A DNA stretch of 51,714 nucleotides, taken from an uncultured Acidaminococcales bacterium. GTDB lineage: Bacteria > Bacillota > Negativicutes > Acidaminococcales > JAISLQ01. The DNA lies in assembly GCA_964551985.1 (NCBI GenBank), contig CAZKFG010000005.1, positions 1 through 51,714 on the forward strand. The letters run 5' to 3'. Below the pieces are notes generated by a model that did not search any database, was not told the origin of the DNA, and saw nothing but the letters and a program-made list of their open reading frames with translations. The position numbers were made by a program, and so were the translations under genes. Below, one piece after another: positions 48,172-51,714 of the stretch (positions are counted from its first letter, which is position 1; the number at the start of each line of letters is the position of its first letter).

Positions 48172-49410
48172 TTAACATATACCACGGTATTTCATAGCTT
48201 CAACAATTTTGTTCAAAGCTACAATATAAGCCGCCACGCGCATATCTACACTGTATTTTTTAGATGTTTGGTAAACACTTTCAAACGCTTCTACCATTAT
48301 ACGCTCTTGTCTTTCTTGTACTTCCTGTTCTGTCCAATAGTATCTGTATAGATTTTGTACCCACTCAAAATAACTTACAGTAACACCACCGGAATTTGCC
48401 AAAATATCAGGAATAACCATAACGCCTTTTTTAGCTAAAATTTCATCAGCCATTGGAGTTGTAGGACCGTTAGCACCTTCAGAGATGATTTTTGCTTTGA
48501 TATTGTTTGCATTTTTATCTGTAATTACAAGTTCTAATGCCGATGGCACAAGCACTGTTACATCAAGTTCAAGCAAATCTTCATTACTAATTTCAGATGC
48601 TCCGTCAAAACCTTTTAAAGTCTTTTTGTTTGCCATCATATATTTTTCTGCTTCGTAAGGATTTAATCCTGCTTCTTTATATATGCCGCCTTTAGAGTTG
48701 CTCACAGCCACAATTTTAACACCTAGATCGTATAAAAGTTGAGCTGCAAAGGCACCCACATTACCAAATCCTTGCACTGCACAACTAGCTGTTTTAGGAT
48801 CAATATTTAACTTTTTAAAAGCTTCACGAACTGACACCATAACGCCATAACCCGTAGCCGCCGCACGACCTCTTGAACCACCTAGGCTAATTGGTTTACC
48901 TGTAATAACGCCAGGAACGCCACAACCTCTTAACTTGCTATACTCATCGACCATCCAGCCCATAATTTTAGCGTTAGTGTTAACGTCCGGTGCAGGAACA
49001 TCAGTATACTCACCAATGATAGGAGCAATAGCACGGATATAGTTTCTTGACAATTCTTGTAGTTCTCTTTCAGACAAAGTGGCAGGGTCAACAATAATAC
49101 CACCCTTACCGCCGCCATAAGGCAAGCCTGCAACAGCACATTTGCAAGTCATCCAAAAACTCAAAGTTTTTACTTCATCCATAGTAACATTAGGATGAAA
49201 ACGAATGCCACCTTTAGCAGGACCAACAGCTGTACTGTGTTGAGATCTGTAGCCAGTAAATACCTTTGTTGTACCATTGTCCATTTTAACCGGTATGCTA
49301 ACTTCAAGCACCTTTTCCGGTTGAGAGATAATGCTAGCTGCACTATCGTCTAGTTTCATTGCTTCAATTGCCTTGTTTAAAGGTATTTTTGACATTTCAA
49401 AAATATCCAT
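48172..49410 (-). CDS. gdh: Glu/Leu/Phe/Val dehydrogenase, probably glutamate dehydrogenase
   Basis: GPAKGGIRFHP, LPYGGGKGG, DVPAPDVNT, QGFGNVG, EGANGP, GGVTVSYFEWVQN. Confidence 0.93.
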   Translation of the reverse strand: MDIFEMSKIPLNKAIEAMKLDDSAASIISQPEKVLEVSIPVKMDNGTTKVFTGYRSQHSTAVGPAKGGIRFHPNVTMDEVKTLSFWMTCKCAVAGLPYGGGKGGIIVDPATLSERELQELSRNYIRAIAPIIGEYTDVPAPDVNTNAKIMGWMVDEYSKLRGCGVPGVITGKPISLGGSRGRAAATGYGVMVSVREAFKKLNIDPKTASCAVQGFGNVGAFAAQLLYDLGVKIVAVSNSKGGIYKEAGLNPYEAEKYMMANKKTLKGFDGASEISNEDLLELDVTVLVPSALELVITDKNANNIKAKIISEGANGPTTPMADEILAKKGVMVIPDILANSGGVTVSYFEWVQNLYRYYWTEQEVQERQERIMVEAFESVYQTSKKYSVDMRVAAYIVALNKIVEAMKYRGIC

Positions 49411-49487
49411 ATCATCACTCCTTAATTTTATTATAAAACAATAATAATAGTATTTTTATACAAAATCAAGTAGTTTTTGTGTATACA

Positions 49488-50300
49488 TTAATGTTCAATG
49501 TATACATTAGTTTCAGGTCGAGCTGGAAGCAGTTTATAATCGTATTTAGAATAGCCAGAAAGCAAGAACCCAACTGCACAAACACCATCTTCTAAAAAAA
49601 GTGTTTCATTGAGCTTTTGCCATTTTTGACTATAACACCAATCGATAAAGCCACCCACGCAAGTTCCAATACCCATACTTTGACCAAGCAGACTTATATA
49701 AGTAAACGCATACGCGCAATTAGTTCTCGCAGTATTTTCCTGCTCATTTTTCGCAACAGCAACAATAAGCGTTGGTGCATCGCGCAAAATCACATCGCGA
49801 CCATCATCAAAAGTTTTTACTACCCCTTTAAAATAATCAGAACCAGGCAAGTTATTGTCAAGACAATACTTCATCCACTCAATAACAGCAAGCTTAATCT
49901 TCTCTAACTTTTCTTTATTATTTATAGCAATATAGCTAATATTTTGCATGTTAGAAGCAATCGGCGCATAACGCGCCGCCTCCAGTAAGCCTTTAATATC
50001 AGCATCAGACAGCGGCTTTTGTTCATAGCAACGAACAGAACGCCGCGCTCTTAAAATGCTTAGCATATCACAAGCGTTTGGCATACTTTGCGCTGCTTCC
50101 TGCACAGCTAGAGAGTTTTTCCTATTATCCATCGCGCCAACAGGGCAAACAGCGGTGCAGTGACCGCAAGCTATACAGCTTCTCCCACCAGCTTTTACGG
50201 GAACGTTATCTCCATTTAAAACGATCAGTCCTGACGGGCAAACATCACTGCAAGCACCACAAGCTATACATTTTTCTACATCTACTGAAAACAATTTCAT
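49488..50300 (-). CDS. Nitroreductase with N-terminal 2x[4Fe-4S] domain
   Basis: Two CxxCxxCxxxCP; RRSVR.Y; AP.ASN.Q. Confidence 0.9.
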   Translation of the reverse strand: MKLFSVDVEKCIACGACSDVCPSGLIVLNGDNVPVKAGGRSCIACGHCTAVCPVGAMDNRKNSLAVQEAAQSMPNACDMLSILRARRSVRCYEQKPLSDADIKGLLEAARYAPIASNMQNISYIAINNKEKLEKIKLAVIEWMKYCLDNNLPGSDYFKGVVKTFDDGRDVILRDAPTLIVAVAKNEQENTARTNCAYAFTYISLLGQSMGIGTCVGGFIDWCYSQKWQKLNETLFLEDGVCAVGFLLSGYSKYDYKLLPARPETNVYIEH

Positions 50301-50346
50301 AATAACACCTCACTAATAAAATGACATTTAATTTGTATTAATATCC

Positions 50347-50382
50347 AAAAATTTAGCCCGCTAATACGTCAGCAGGCTAAAA
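50347..50382 (-). terminator. rlmH terminator
   Basis: tttagcccgct...agcaggctaaa. Confidence 0.7.
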
Positions 50383-50387
50383 AATAA

Positions 50388-50867
50388 TCAATTATGATAT
50401 TTTTGCTTGTTGATAATTTTAAATGCTCGGTAAATTTGTTCAACCAAAAGTAACCTTATCATCTGGTGTGTGAAAGTAAAATCTGAAAAGGATAACCTAA
50501 GATTGGCTTTTTCTCTCAAACTATCGTGCAGACCATAAGCGCTGCCTATAACAATCGCCAAATCGCTTTTGCCATTTACAGCATTTTTCTCTAATAAATT
50601 AGCAAACTCTTCTGATGAGAACTTTTTACCGATAACATCAAGTAGTATGACAAAATCATAGCTACAAAGTGCCGGCAAAATTTTCTCTGCTTCTTTTGCT
50701 AAGACTTGCATTTTTTGAGCATCCGAGGGACTATCTGGCATTTTCTCTTCCATATGCTCAATAAAGCTGATTTTAGCAAATGGTTTTAACCGCTTTAAAA
50801 ATTCGTCAATTCCGGCTTTTAAATAACTTTCTTTTATCTTACCGATAGCAATAATATCAATATTCAA
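50388..50867 (-). CDS. rlmH: 23S rRNA pseudouridine(1915)-N3 methyltransferase
   Basis: GKIKE.YL, SSEEFA, IGSAYGL, TFTHQMIRLLLVEQIYRA, YH. Confidence 0.96.
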   Translation of the reverse strand: MNIDIIAIGKIKESYLKAGIDEFLKRLKPFAKISFIEHMEEKMPDSPSDAQKMQVLAKEAEKILPALCSYDFVILLDVIGKKFSSEEFANLLEKNAVNGKSDLAIVIGSAYGLHDSLREKANLRLSFSDFTFTHQMIRLLLVEQIYRAFKIINKQKYHN

Positions 50868-50870
50868 AAA

Positions 50871-51714
50871 CTATTCTCCCTGCGGCATTTGTTCTAACAC
50901 TATTGGTAACAAGATTATTTTACCATCGCGTAAAACTGCAAGCTCTATCTTCTGACCGATAGGTAAAGAATTTAAAACCGCACGCAAATCAAGGACTTTA
51001 TTTACTTCTTTGCCATTGATTGCCTGTATTACATCACCTTGTTGCAAGCCACTTTTTTGTGCTGGACTATTGTCATAAACACGAGCAACCAAAAGACCTT
51101 TATCTATTTTATAGTTAAAATTACGCGCCGCCGACTCTTTATCTAGCAGTGCAATACCAAGATACCCTCTTGTTATCTTCCCTTTTTCAATAAGTTCTTT
51201 GACAATAGGCTTTACAACATTAATCGGAATAGCAAAGCCTATTCCTTCAACGCCTGCGAGTCTAATTTTTATACTGTTGATACCAATTACAAGACCATCG
51301 GCGTTAGCCAGAGCGCCACCTGAATTACCAGGATTTATAGCCGCATCTGTTTGGATAAGTTCAAAACGCTGTTCACCAATATCAAGTGTACGACCTAAAG
51401 CGCTAATTACACCTGCTGTAACACTACCTTTAAGTTCAATCCCTAGAGGATTTCCAATGGCAATCGCAGGTTCACCGACGACAAGTTCATCAGAATTACC
51501 AAACTGCGCAACAGGTAAATCACCTGTTGCATCAATTTTAATCACCGCCAAATCGGTAGTCGGATCTGCACCTAAAATTTTACCAGCAAAACTTCTACCG
51601 TCAGTCAAGCTGACAACAACCTCGCCAGAATTTTCAATAACATGATTGTTAGTAACAATAAGTCCCGATTTATCAAAAATAACCCCAGAGCCACTACCTC
51701 TATCGACCATAACA
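50871..51714 (-). CDS. htrA: HtrA/DegP-like serine protease with PDZ domain (5' part outside window)
   Basis: GSGSGVI, TNNHV, DLAVIK, IQTDAAINPGNSGG, C-terminal PDZ. Confidence 0.95.
   Translation of the reverse strand, partial: VMVDRGSGSGVIFDKSGLIVTNNHVIENSGEVVVSLTDGRSFAGKILGADPTTDLAVIKIDATGDLPVAQFGNSDELVVGEPAIAIGNPLGIELKGSVTAGVISALGRTLDIGEQRFELIQTDAAINPGNSGGALANADGLVIGINSIKIRLAGVEGIGFAIPINVVKPIVKELIEKGKITRGYLGIALLDKESAARNFNYKIDKGLLVARVYDNSPAQKSGLQQGDVIQAINGKEVNKVLDLRAVLNSLPIGQKIELAVLRDGKIILLPIVLEQMPQGE

Overview
Low-GC chromosomal window from an anaerobic Firmicute. Negativicutes is an inference from gene content and order. Left end: purine cluster purE-purF-purM-purN-purH (purH truncated by the window edge; no purC/purK/purL here). 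From about 4.8 to 24.7 kb is a variable region: four tandem secreted MORN-repeat genes, a TIGR04076-like gene broken by one in-frame TGA, a GNAT protein, a Vat/CatB-like acetyltransferase and an RsgA paralogue (both behind structured uORF leaders), a BusR-regulated glycine betaine ABC transporter, two diguanylate cyclases and an AraC-GyrI regulator. Directly downstream of guaA are three small immunity-like genes. Two of them are preceded by a degenerate copy of the guaA 3' end plus terminator and promoter, a cassette-like array that is the most unusual structure seen. The right half is mostly housekeeping: guaA, azlCD, CHAD, glyoxalase, HD-GYP, metQ, dapL, zur-znuACB, pncA, HU, MscS, yjiHG with an M20 peptidase, gdh, rlmH, htrA. 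No rRNA, tRNA, CRISPR array, integrase or transposase was recognised. All calls come from reading motifs by eye; no searches were run.
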